Assembly: GCA_030141605.1 (NCBI GenBank)
Contig: JAQGDQ010000742.1
Coordinates: forward strand, 1-61,110
Length of the DNA: 61,110 nt
Direction: 5' to 3'
Origin: Tubiluchus corallicola
Taxonomy: Eukaryota; Animalia; Priapulida
Below the pieces are notes generated by a model. That model did not search any database. It saw only the letters and a program-made list of their open reading frames with translations, and was not told the origin of the DNA. Shown here in pieces: positions 31,040 to 40,578 of the stretch. Each line of letters starts with the position of its first letter. The stretch's first letter is position 1. The translations under genes and the position numbers were made by a program.

Positions 31040-31137
31040 AAGTCCTTACAAGATGAAGTCTTTGTTCGTATTGAGGAGAAACTTGAATTTTGAATAGAGT
31101 ATTGACGAAGAAAAAATATGAGTTTTGTAAAGGTTTC
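31040..31137 (+). repeat. Dispersed intergenic repeat, copy E (internally deleted, 98 bp)
   Basis: AAGTCCTTACAAG..TTTGTTCGTATTGAGGAGAAACTTGA..GAGTATTGACGAAGAA..GAGTTTTGTAAAGGTTTC. Confidence 0.7.
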
Positions 31138-31200
31138 AGATTATAATTATCTTTCGAAAAATATACATACATGTCTAATTTTATTCATATTTAAATAATC

Positions 31201-32649
31201 ATGATTAAAGAGAGTCGTTTTCCATTCAGGAACTATTATTGCAAGTTGAATTTAAGGATTACAAGGTCATCACATATTATAATATTATTACTTATTGTTG
31301 TGTGTATGCTACAGGTGAGAGTTGCAACTGCACAAAAACAACTTTTTAATAACGAGACAGAGCAACAGAAAAAAGAGAGGATGGCCTGGTGGACTAATGA
31401 TAGGTTTGGGATGTTTATTCACTGGGGTATTTATGCTATGCCTGCGCGGCACGAGTGGGTTCAGACGTATGAACGAATTAGTGAAGAAAAGTATCGTCGT
31501 TATTTTGAGAACTTTAATCCTGACTTGTACAATCCTAAAGAGTGGGCAGTAGTGGCAAGAGAGGCAGGAATGAAGTATGCTGTTATAACTGTCAAGCATC
31601 ATGATGGGTTTTGCCTTTTTGACTCAGAGCTTACGGACTTCAAATCGACTAATACTCCGTATGGGAAAGACTTGATAAAAGAGTGGGTAGACGCATTCAG
31701 GAGTGAAGGGCTGAGAATAGGGTTTTATTACAGCCTGATAGATTGGCACCATCCTGAATATACGGTTGACCGAATACACCCACAAAAGGGAGGTGATTCG
31801 GATAAAGAGTACAAGAACCTGAATAAAAGTAGGGATATGGGTGTTTACAGAAAGTATCTGCATGGGCAGGTGAGAGAGATACTTTCTAATTATGGGACGA
31901 TTGATGTTATATGGCTGGATTACTCATTTCCGGGTAAGAATGGAAAAGGGCGTGACGATTGGGGTTCAAAGGACTTGCTAAAGATGGTTAGGGAGTTACA
32001 GCCGAATATTATTATAAATGACAGGTTGGACCTGAAAGAGTATAGCGATGGTTGGGATTTTATTACTCCTGAACAGTTTAAAGTTCCCGAGTGGCCAAAA
32101 GATGACAGAGGTAATAAAATTCCGTGGGAGACATGTCAGACCTTTTCAGGTTCGTGGGGGTATTACAGGGATGAGCATACGTGGAAAGATACAAAACAAC
32201 TACTGGTTTTGTTAATAGAGTCTGTTAGCAAAGGTGGTAATCTACTACTAAATGTTGGCCCAACTGCACGAGGTACATTTGATAAGAGGGCAGGGGCTTC
32301 CCTAAACTCAATGGGAGAGTGGATGAAGTATAATAGTCGGTCTATTTACGGATGTACCCAGGCTCCCGATGAATTTGAAGTTCCTGATAACTGCTTGCTT
32401 ACCTACAATCCGGAACTACATAGGTTGTATATTCATCTGTTAGATTATCCACTGCAAAATTTTAGAGTGCGAGGCTTGAAGGGAAAAATAAAGTACGCCC
32501 AGTTTTTGCACGATGCTTCTGAAATAAGAGTTAGGGCACCTTATGGGCATGGAGAATATAAAAAGCTTTTGGAAAGCGATATTAATTTGAGACTGCCGGT
32601 AGTAAAGCCAGATATTGAGATACCCGTTATTGAGATTGTTTTAGAATAG
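31201..32649 (+). CDS. Alpha-L-fucosidase, GH29 (true start may be downstream)
   Basis: RFGMFIHWG, AGMKYAVITVKHHDGF, YYSLIDWHHP, WLD nucleophile, GGNLLLNVGP. Confidence 0.94.
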   Translation: MIKESRFPFRNYYCKLNLRITRSSHIIILLLIVVCMLQVRVATAQKQLFNNETEQQKKERMAWWTNDRFGMFIHWGIYAMPARHEWVQTYERISEEKYRRYFENFNPDLYNPKEWAVVAREAGMKYAVITVKHHDGFCLFDSELTDFKSTNTPYGKDLIKEWVDAFRSEGLRIGFYYSLIDWHHPEYTVDRIHPQKGGDSDKEYKNLNKSRDMGVYRKYLHGQVREILSNYGTIDVIWLDYSFPGKNGKGRDDWGSKDLLKMVRELQPNIIINDRLDLKEYSDGWDFITPEQFKVPEWPKDDRGNKIPWETCQTFSGSWGYYRDEHTWKDTKQLLVLLIESVSKGGNLLLNVGPTARGTFDKRAGASLNSMGEWMKYNSRSIYGCTQAPDEFEVPDNCLLTYNPELHRLYIHLLDYPLQNFRVRGLKGKIKYAQFLHDASEIRVRAPYGHGEYKKLLESDINLRLPVVKPDIEIPVIEIVLE

Positions 32650-32769
32650 GTGATTCATCATCTATGGCTGGAGTTTTAATATTAAAGAGAGAGCTGGGAA
32701 AAGTTTCAAAGACTACCTCTGGATTAGGAGTAGTTGAAATTTTACTTATGTCGGATAAATTGTGGTTTT

Positions 32770-34221
32770 TTATCGGGCTTCCCCTCTTCTCTTTTTCAAC
32801 AAAAACAGGCCCAGAAATGTGATCATCCCATTTATCACAAGTATTTCAAATCCAATCTGATAGCCGGAGAATAATTTTTCGGAGAATGTGTTAATAATCC
32901 ACGATAGTATTGGTGATATCAATGCAACTGCTGGCACCCATTTATCATAAATTTTAAATTTTGTTAGCATTCCGAAAGCAAACAGCCCCAGTAGTGGCCC
33001 ATACGTGTACCCGGCAGCCTTAAAAAGTGCTATAACAACACTTTGCTTATTTACAGCTTTAAATGTCATGATTACGATGAAAAGCAGCAGAGAGAATCCT
33101 ATGTGTGTGTATTTTCTTAACTCCTCATTATTACTTCGGTTTATTTTTTCAAAACCCAGAAAATCAATGCAAAAAGATGTTGTTAGTGAAGTCAGGGCTG
33201 AGTCGGCACTCGAGTAGGCAGCTGCGATTATTCCTAAAAGGAAAACAATGGCAATAAATATACCCATATGATTTAATGCAAGAAGCGGGTACAAGTCATC
33301 TGTTTTATTTGGTATTTCTACACCTTTGCTTTTGGCAAACATATACAGTAGAACTCCTAATCCTAAAAATATAACAACAGTAATCAGAAAACATGCGCTG
33401 AACCAAAGCATGTTTTTTCGTGCCTCTTTCAAGTTTTGACATGTAAGGTTTTTCTGCATCATATCCTGATCCATCCCCACCATAACAGTTGTGACAAAAG
33501 CGCCCGCAATAAACTGCTTGAAGAAGTTTTGCCCATGTTTCCAGTCCCATATAAAAATTTTTGAGTTTGCATCTGCATATATGTTACTGAGTGCTTCTGG
33601 CACTGTCCAGCCAAATTCCTGAAGTATATATCTGATAGTGAATACTACAGCGGCAAGAAGAAGAGTGGTTTGAAGCGCATCCGACCAAACAATAGTCTTA
33701 ATCCCCCCCTTAAAAGTGTACATCCAAATAAGCAGAATACTTACTATAACTGTAACACTGAACGGAATACCGTACTCCTTGAAAAATGCCATATGTATAA
33801 CTCCGGCTACTAGATAAAGCCTAAAGGAGGCTCCTATTGTGCGCGATAGTAAAAAGAAGAAGGCGCCTACTTTATGGGAATAGAAGCCGAGGCGTTTTTC
33901 AAGATAGGTATAGATTGATATTAAGTTAAGTTTATAGTATAGGGGGAGAAGAACAAGTGCAATAAATACAAATCCAATGGCATTGCCAAAAACAAACTGT
34001 AGGTAGGAGAAGGCAGAGTTTCCGACTTCACCTGGTACAGATATAAAGGTTACTCCTGATAGGGCAACTCCAACCATTCCAAAAGCAACAAGAAACCATG
34101 GAGATTGCTTATTTGCAGTAAAAAAGGCTTTTGAGTCTGCTTTTTTCCCAGTAATACGAGATATTCCTATTAGTATAATAAAGTATGTGGCAATAACACT
34201 TAATACAATGGTTGGACTCAT
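32770..34221 (-). CDS. Sodium:solute symporter (SSS) family transporter
   Basis: SGVTFISVPG, SIYTYLEKR, GGIKTIVWSDALQ, DQDMMQKNL; many TM segments. Confidence 0.92.
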   Translation of the reverse strand: MSPTIVLSVIATYFIILIGISRITGKKADSKAFFTANKQSPWFLVAFGMVGVALSGVTFISVPGEVGNSAFSYLQFVFGNAIGFVFIALVLLPLYYKLNLISIYTYLEKRLGFYSHKVGAFFFLLSRTIGASFRLYLVAGVIHMAFFKEYGIPFSVTVIVSILLIWMYTFKGGIKTIVWSDALQTTLLLAAVVFTIRYILQEFGWTVPEALSNIYADANSKIFIWDWKHGQNFFKQFIAGAFVTTVMVGMDQDMMQKNLTCQNLKEARKNMLWFSACFLITVVIFLGLGVLLYMFAKSKGVEIPNKTDDLYPLLALNHMGIFIAIVFLLGIIAAAYSSADSALTSLTTSFCIDFLGFEKINRSNNEELRKYTHIGFSLLLFIVIMTFKAVNKQSVVIALFKAAGYTYGPLLGLFAFGMLTKFKIYDKWVPAVALISPILSWIINTFSEKLFSGYQIGFEILVINGMITFLGLFLLKKRRGEAR

Positions 34222-34228
34222 ATCTTAT

Positions 34229-35404
34229 TTATTCAAAGTCAGGGTATAGTAAGTATTTTTCTCTCTTCAAACGAAAATCGTCTAGGCCCTCCTTCCATTC
34301 GTTTGTGATCTCTTCTTCTGATTTACCAGCTCTGATCTGTTTTAATACAGTATCATTTCCGATAAGTAGGTTGAACCACCTTTCTCTTGTAAGAAACTCA
34401 TCTTCGTTTTCGAATCTATTGTACCATTCAAGAAAGTAGGAGAGTGTGAATTGGGGGGGATGATCAGTTTCCCTTAGATCAGAACCGTAGCAGACTACAT
34501 CTTTATGAGGAGGCTCTTTTGACATACCTTCAATGCTTATGGGCTTGAAAGAAAACTCCCCCAGCTCTGGATTGGGATGGCCAAGCACCTGAAAAGGGTG
34601 GTGAGTACCTCTCCCAATGCTTACACTGGTTGCTTCAAAAAGACATAGTGATGGGTATAGTCTCACAGACAGGTTGTTGGGTAAGTTGGGGGATGGCTTT
34701 ATCGGAATAGTATAATGCATTTTATGCGTATAATTTGCAACATGTATTATTTTCAGATCTGCTTTTACGGCATGGTTGAGCCACCCCTCTCCATTTATCA
34801 TTAGAGCCAACTCGCCTACGGTACATCCGTGGACTATCGGTATGGGGTCTACGCCTATAAATGATTTAAACTTTGTATCCAGAACAGGCCCTGCAATATA
34901 ATCGCCGTTTGGATTAGGGCGATCTAACACTATAAGTTCGACGCCATTTTGAGCACACGCCTCCATTACATAGTGTAGAGTGCTTATGTAGGTGTAGAAA
35001 CGACATCCTACATCTTGTATATCGAATATGATTACGTCTATATCAGATAGGTGCTTTTTGTGAGGGCGTTTGTTCTTGCCATAGATAGAGACAATCTCAA
35101 CTCCTGTTAATTTATCTGTCGAGTTTTTTACATGCTCTCCTGCATCGGCATCGACTCTAAACCCGTGCTCAGGCGCAAATATTCTGATAATATTTATTTC
35201 TTTCTCCAAAAGAAAATCTGCCAGATGTTGCGCTTCGACCATTGATGTCTGGTTGACAACAAGAGCAACTGATTTATCATGTATAAGGTGCAGGTACTTT
35301 TCCGGTTGTTCTGCCCCGGGGATTATTACTGTATTTTCACCTCCTGATGCGGTAAATGCGATAAGGGTGGAGAATATAAAAAGATACTTATTCCAGATTT
35401 TCAT
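34229..35404 (-). CDS. namZ: DUF1343 / GH171 exo-beta-N-acetylmuramidase (NamZ-like)
   Basis: FAPEHGF, FDIQDVGCRFYTY, LDRPNP, PSPNLP, SIGRGT motifs. Confidence 0.9.
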   Translation of the reverse strand: MKIWNKYLFIFSTLIAFTASGGENTVIIPGAEQPEKYLHLIHDKSVALVVNQTSMVEAQHLADFLLEKEINIIRIFAPEHGFRVDADAGEHVKNSTDKLTGVEIVSIYGKNKRPHKKHLSDIDVIIFDIQDVGCRFYTYISTLHYVMEACAQNGVELIVLDRPNPNGDYIAGPVLDTKFKSFIGVDPIPIVHGCTVGELALMINGEGWLNHAVKADLKIIHVANYTHKMHYTIPIKPSPNLPNNLSVRLYPSLCLFEATSVSIGRGTHHPFQVLGHPNPELGEFSFKPISIEGMSKEPPHKDVVCYGSDLRETDHPPQFTLSYFLEWYNRFENEDEFLTRERWFNLLIGNDTVLKQIRAGKSEEEITNEWKEGLDDFRLKREKYLLYPDFE

Positions 35405-35584
35405 ATGTGCTGCAACTTCATTTAATTTATATATTGTGATAAAATATTGATAGCTTTATGTACAGATTTTCATAATTTTGAATGCCGGGTTTAGTAAAAA
35501 AATATTTGCAAGATACTTATAATTTAGGTTCTTTTCAACATCCGGTAGGTGAGAATATTTGTGATTTAAAAGTGTTGTTTTGGA

Positions 35585-38584
35585 ATGGATATGAAGTGTG
35601 TATATTCTAGATATATGGGTGTTATTCAAGGAGTTATAGCGATCTGTATAATGCTTTTGCCTATTTATATATCTTCTGCTGTTGACCGTGTAGCTCCTCC
35701 TTTTTTAAAATACGAGAATGACGCCTGGGTAGATTCTGTTTTCAACTCTTTGTCCTTTGAAGAGAAGGTTGGGCAACTTATTATGGTAGCAGCATATTCT
35801 AATAAGGGAGAGGAGCACGCGCAAAAGATACTTGCGGATATAAATAAATACAAAATAGGCGGTATTATTTTTATGCAGGGTGGTCCTGTGAGGCAAGCTA
35901 CTCTTACAAATCGTTTTCAGGAAGAGTCTAAAACACCGCTTCTTATAGCTATGGATGCTGAGGTTGGATTGGGGCAGCGTCTTGATAGTTGTTTTAAGTA
36001 TCCTTACGCTATGGCATTGGGTGCTTCTCGGGATGCTATGCTTGCTTATAAAATGGGGGAGGAGGTTGCTCAACAATGTAAGAGGCTTGGGGTACATGTC
36101 AATTTTGCACCTGTTGCAGATATAAATTTCGAACCACATAACCCTGTAATAAGTCATCGTTCGTTTGGTGAGAGTGTAAAAGAGGCAACAGAGCTATCTT
36201 TGAGTTTTGCATCAGGCATACAGTCAAACAATGTGTTAGCTACTATTAAGCATTTTCCCGGACATGGAGATACACGACAGGATTCTCACCATGTATTGCC
36301 TATCGTACACCATACCAGGGAGAGAGTTGAGAGCATTGAACTCTATCCGTTTAAGAGCATGATAAGGGCGGGTATTGGAGGTGTTATGTCCGCACATATT
36401 AGTGTTCCGGTGCTGGATGACTCAGGGAAGCCTGCGACCCTCTCTTATCAGATGATTAATGATAAGTTGAAGGATAAAATGAAGTTCAAAGGCATCGTTT
36501 TTTCGGATGCTATGAACATGAAAGGTGTTACCGGCTATGCTTCATCTGGAGAGGCCGAAGCTATGGCTATAGCAGCGGGGGTTGATATGTTGGAGTTTGT
36601 TCCTGATCCTGGCCTGGCAATTAAAGAAATTGTCAAAGCTGTAGATAAAGAGCTGCTATCTAAATATGAAGTTGAAAACAAGTGTCGTAAGGTGCTTGCT
36701 CTGAAGCGCTGGGTTGGGTTGAACGAAAAGCCTTATGTAGACACTGTAAACCTACACAGGGATATTGCCAGCCATAAGTATGAGCTTACAATAAATAATA
36801 TAACAGAGAGGTCATTAACTGTGCTAAGAAATAGGAGAGACCTTATACCTCTAAGGCGTCTTGATACTTTGAAGATAGCATCGGTAAGTGTTGGTCGCGA
36901 TTATGTTACACTATTTCAGGAGACACTCGAAAAGTATACCAGTGTAGATCATTTCCATATTGACAAGTATGCACAGAGTGGGGCGCTGAAAGAACTGCTA
37001 GTCCGGCTAAAAGATTATAATGTGGTTATTGCTGCTGTCAACAATTTTTGGATGTCTCCCGCAAAAAATTTCCACCTTACCAATTTGCAGATAGGAGCTG
37101 TTAGAAGTATATGCTCTATGCCGGGATCTGTGGTGGCAGTATTTGGAAATGCTTATGCCCTTGGCTCATTTCAGGGAGTTGAGAAGGCGGATGCACTTGT
37201 TCTTGCGTATGCTGAAAATAAATATTCGCAGAACTTTGCAGCTCAGCTTATTATGGGTGCTATTGCCGGGAATGGGCGTTTGCCTGTTACTGTAGATAAT
37301 CGTTTTAAGGTGGGAGATGGGCAGAAGAGTGTATCCCTGTCTCGCTTGAAATACACTTTGCCTGAGGAACTTGGGATCAATTCAGTAACCCTCAAAAATA
37401 AAATTGATTCAATTGTAAATGTTGGGTTAGAAGGGAAAGCATTTCCTGGCTGCCAGATTTTACTTGCAAAAGACGGAAAGGTATTTTTACATGAGGTTTA
37501 TGGCGCGCACACATACCTTTCTGATAAGCCTGTTAAGCATGATGATTTATACGACTGGGCTTCGCTAACAAAGATTACTGCGCCACTACCTGCTTTAATG
37601 TACCTTTATGATGAGGGGAAGTTTGATATAAACGCTAAGTTCAGCAAGTACTGGCCGGATTGGGTGGGGACGGATAAGGAGGATTTGATTGTTAAAGAGA
37701 TAATGGCCCACCAGTCGGGACTGGCACCTTGGATACCATTTTGGAGATATACTGTTGATAAGAATGGAAAGTATAAAAGGGAGTTTTATAAAAAGAAACC
37801 GTCACAAAAATATCCTATTAAGGTTTCACAAAGTCTTTATCTAAAGAAGTGCTTTGCTGATACTATCTATACTATTATCAGAGAGTCGGAGCTATTGCCG
37901 AAAAAAGAGTATGTTTATTCAGATCTGTCGTACTATCTTTATCCACAAGTTATTACCTCTCTTGCTGGGGTTGATTATGAGACCTTTATTAAAAACAAGT
38001 TTTTTCATCGTCTTGGTGCCTATACGGTTACATTTAACCCCTACAAGCACTTTCCTCTTAGCAGAATAGTACCTACAGAAAATGATGAGTTTTTCAGGCG
38101 TGAACAGATACATGGTTTTGTTCATGATGAGGGGTGTGCATTGATGGGGGGTGTTTCAGGGCATGCGGGGCTATTTGGTTCTATAAATGATGCTGCCAAA
38201 ATAATGCAGATGTACATGAACTACGGGGAGTTTGGGGGAGAGCGGTACATAGAAAAGTCCACTATTGGATATTGGACAAGTAGGCAGTATAAGGAAAATG
38301 ATAATAGAAGGGGACTGATTTTTGATAAGCCAATTATTAATAACCGTGACAATATGGATAATATGGAGGATGCTTATCCTGCGCCATCGGCAAGTGAAAA
38401 GAGTTTTGGGCATACAGGGTTTACCGGTACATTTGCTTGGGGGGATCCCGAGGCCGGACTGCTGTTTATTTTCTTTTCAAACAGAGTATACCCTTCTCGT
38501 AATAATACCTCACTTGTCGATTTACAGATAAGATTGCTGATACAGCAGGTTGTCTACGATGAGATAGAGAGAGCACAACGTTAG
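35585..38584 (+). CDS. GH3 beta-N-acetylglucosaminidase fused to a beta-lactamase-fold serine hydrolase (NagZ-AmiE-like)
   Basis: KHFPGHGDTRQDSH (NagZ signature), FSDAMNM; C-terminal ASLTK (SxxK), YSD, GHAGLF, GHTGFTG. Confidence 0.93.
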   Translation: MDMKCVYSRYMGVIQGVIAICIMLLPIYISSAVDRVAPPFLKYENDAWVDSVFNSLSFEEKVGQLIMVAAYSNKGEEHAQKILADINKYKIGGIIFMQGGPVRQATLTNRFQEESKTPLLIAMDAEVGLGQRLDSCFKYPYAMALGASRDAMLAYKMGEEVAQQCKRLGVHVNFAPVADINFEPHNPVISHRSFGESVKEATELSLSFASGIQSNNVLATIKHFPGHGDTRQDSHHVLPIVHHTRERVESIELYPFKSMIRAGIGGVMSAHISVPVLDDSGKPATLSYQMINDKLKDKMKFKGIVFSDAMNMKGVTGYASSGEAEAMAIAAGVDMLEFVPDPGLAIKEIVKAVDKELLSKYEVENKCRKVLALKRWVGLNEKPYVDTVNLHRDIASHKYELTINNITERSLTVLRNRRDLIPLRRLDTLKIASVSVGRDYVTLFQETLEKYTSVDHFHIDKYAQSGALKELLVRLKDYNVVIAAVNNFWMSPAKNFHLTNLQIGAVRSICSMPGSVVAVFGNAYALGSFQGVEKADALVLAYAENKYSQNFAAQLIMGAIAGNGRLPVTVDNRFKVGDGQKSVSLSRLKYTLPEELGINSVTLKNKIDSIVNVGLEGKAFPGCQILLAKDGKVFLHEVYGAHTYLSDKPVKHDDLYDWASLTKITAPLPALMYLYDEGKFDINAKFSKYWPDWVGTDKEDLIVKEIMAHQSGLAPWIPFWRYTVDKNGKYKREFYKKKPSQKYPIKVSQSLYLKKCFADTIYTIIRESELLPKKEYVYSDLSYYLYPQVITSLAGVDYETFIKNKFFHRLGAYTVTFNPYKHFPLSRIVPTENDEFFRREQIHGFVHDEGCALMGGVSGHAGLFGSINDAAKIMQMYMNYGEFGGERYIEKSTIGYWTSRQYKENDNRRGLIFDKPIINNRDNMDNMEDAYPAPSASEKSFGHTGFTGTFAWGDPEAGLLFIFFSNRVYPSRNNTSLVDLQIRLLIQQVVYDEIERAQR

Positions 38585-38860
38585 GATTTTTAAAAGGGGA
38601 GAAGGTTTGTTCATTCAATGAAGCGTTATAATTTACCAGTAATTTTTCATAAAAGAGGTGGTTTATATATAATACCTTAGGCACCATATATATTAACTTG
38701 CTAGTAGCTCATAGGTAAATGTTAATAATTCAAAATAATAGGTTATCCTTTTTATTGATCTTTCGATCTTATTGGGTTATTAGATTAATTAATTATAACT
38801 TTAAGGTGGCGTGTTTTGTAGTATGTAGTTTATGGTTGTATTAACTTAAAATTTATCATT

Positions 38861-39118
38861 ATGACAATGAAAATAACTTTTAATGAACTCCGAAAAATAA
38901 AGGATCGCCTACCTGATGGCTCTATGAGTAAAATAGCACAAGAGCTTGATGTTGAGATTGAAACTGTCAGGAATTATTTTGGAGGTGCTAATTATGAAAG
39001 AGGGGAAAGTGCAGGTATCCACTTGGAGCAGGGGCCTAATGGAGGGATTGTTCTCCTTGATGATATAACCATTCTAGAGAAAGCGAAAGAGTTGCTTGGT
39101 GAAGGAAACGGTACTTGA
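38861..39118 (+). CDS. Small conserved Bacteroidota putative HTH DNA-binding protein
   Basis: ITFNELRKIKDRLPDGSMSKIAQELDVEIETVRNYFGG; has its own terminator. Confidence 0.8.
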   Translation: MTMKITFNELRKIKDRLPDGSMSKIAQELDVEIETVRNYFGGANYERGESAGIHLEQGPNGGIVLLDDITILEKAKELLGEGNGT

Positions 39119-39154
39119 TTACCTCATTACTTTTGCTAAAATATGTTAATGTTT

Positions 39155-39193
39155 AACAGGCTGCTCCATAATCACTGGCAGCCTGTTTTTTTT
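39155..39193 (+). terminator. Intrinsic terminator
   Basis: Stem AACAGGCTGC...GCAGCCTGTT running into T8. Confidence 0.8.
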
Positions 39194-39337
39194 AATTAAA
39201 GCTTCCTATTGGGTTTTTTCTATTTCTGTTATTTCTATACTGTTGATGGCATGGTTGTTTTTTGTGAGAAGAGGTGGTTGAGTGACAGATTAAAATGCGC
39301 TATAGAGTATAAAAAGTATTTGGGTTAAAGCTGTATA

Positions 39338-39832
39338 TTGACACCTAAAATTATTATGCAGGAGAAGAGCGTACATGTTAAGTACATGCAATATAATGCT
39401 TACAATGAGTTGCTGGAGGCAGACAGGGAGTTGTTGGCAGTTGCGCGTGAAGTTGCAGCTGGGGCTTACGCTCCCTACTCTTTATTTAGGGTGGGGGCGG
39501 CAGTTTTACTGAGCAATGGGGTTATTGTGAGGGGCAGCAATCAGGAGAATGTGGCATTCCCTTCCGGTTTGTGTGCGGAGCAGGTGGCACTTTGTTATGC
39601 AGGTGCGGAGTATCTGGATATGTCAGCCAGGTCTGTTGCTATTTCTGCGCTTAACAGCAATGGGGAGATGCCCGACATTCCTGTAACGCCGTGTGGCTCG
39701 TGCAGGCAGGTAATGGTGGAGTATGAAAAGAGATGGAAAGAGCCTTTAAGGGTTATCATGGAGGGGAGGTCTTATATAATTGTGGTTCATGGAGTGAGTA
39801 ATCTTCTCCCTCTGGCATTTAATATAGTGTGA
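39338..39832 (+). CDS. cdd: Cytidine deaminase (start may be ATG 39356)
   Basis: AYAPYS, GSNQEN, LCAE and PCGSCRQ zinc motifs. Confidence 0.94.
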   Translation: MTPKIIMQEKSVHVKYMQYNAYNELLEADRELLAVAREVAAGAYAPYSLFRVGAAVLLSNGVIVRGSNQENVAFPSGLCAEQVALCYAGAEYLDMSARSVAISALNSNGEMPDIPVTPCGSCRQVMVEYEKRWKEPLRVIMEGRSYIIVVHGVSNLLPLAFNIV

Positions 39833-39855
39833 GTGGGCTTTACGACGACTTTATT

Positions 39856-40545
39856 TTAGGGGTTTGGGTAGGCATTTGCGAATAGGTTCCATACTGTATT
39901 TTCTGGAGGTGAGGCTGTTATAGAAATGGGCTTTTTTATTATTGGATGAATAAGCTCAATTTTTCTAGCGTGCAGGTGAATACCGGCATCTTTGTTGGGA
40001 CGGGGGAATCCGTATTTTAGATCTCCTCTGATATGTAGTCCTATTGCTGCCAGTTGTGCCCTGATTTGATGATGGCGTCCGGTATGCAACTTTATTTCTA
40101 GTAGGTGAAATCTATTGGATGATGTTATGTACTTATAAAACAGTTGTGCTTTTTTTGAACCGGGTTTTTCGAAGGTAGAGGCGTATGATTTGTTTTGAGA
40201 GGGCTTTTTTGTCAACCAATGGGTTAATGTGCCTTCATCTTTATCAGGCCTGTTATCAACAACGGCCCAGTACTGTTTTTCTACTTCGCCACTATGACGA
40301 AATAGTTCATTTAGCCTCGAAAGCGCTTTTGAGGTTCGCGAGAATAAAAGAACGCCGCTGGTGGGGCGGTCTAGCCTGTGAACGACTCCCAAAAAGACAT
40401 TACCCGGTTTGTGATATTTTTCTTTTAGGTATAGTTTAATGGCATCTCCTAATGTGCTATCGCCTGTTTTGTCACCTTGCACAATGTCCCCACATCTTTT
40501 ATTAACAGCAATGATATGGTTATCTTCATAAAGAACCTGTATCAT
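39856..40545 (-). CDS. RluA family pseudouridine synthase
   Basis: HRLDRPTSG, TGRHHQIRAQL, GDLKYG, HLHA. Confidence 0.94.
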   Translation of the reverse strand: MIQVLYEDNHIIAVNKRCGDIVQGDKTGDSTLGDAIKLYLKEKYHKPGNVFLGVVHRLDRPTSGVLLFSRTSKALSRLNELFRHSGEVEKQYWAVVDNRPDKDEGTLTHWLTKKPSQNKSYASTFEKPGSKKAQLFYKYITSSNRFHLLEIKLHTGRHHQIRAQLAAIGLHIRGDLKYGFPRPNKDAGIHLHARKIELIHPIIKKPISITASPPENTVWNLFANAYPNP

Positions 40546-40578
40546 AGTACCACTCTTTTTTTGTGTTTCGGCAGGCTG

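Noticed and set aside
1394-31137. CRISPR array or riboswitch interpretation of the dispersed repeats
   Set aside because: The copies are kilobases apart, long, diverged and lack spacers or cas genes. Their position and strand are not consistently 5' of genes.
37320-38584. Beta-lactamase resistance gene
   Set aside because: The domain is fused to a NagZ-type GH3 next to namZ, which fits a peptidoglycan-recycling hydrolase.
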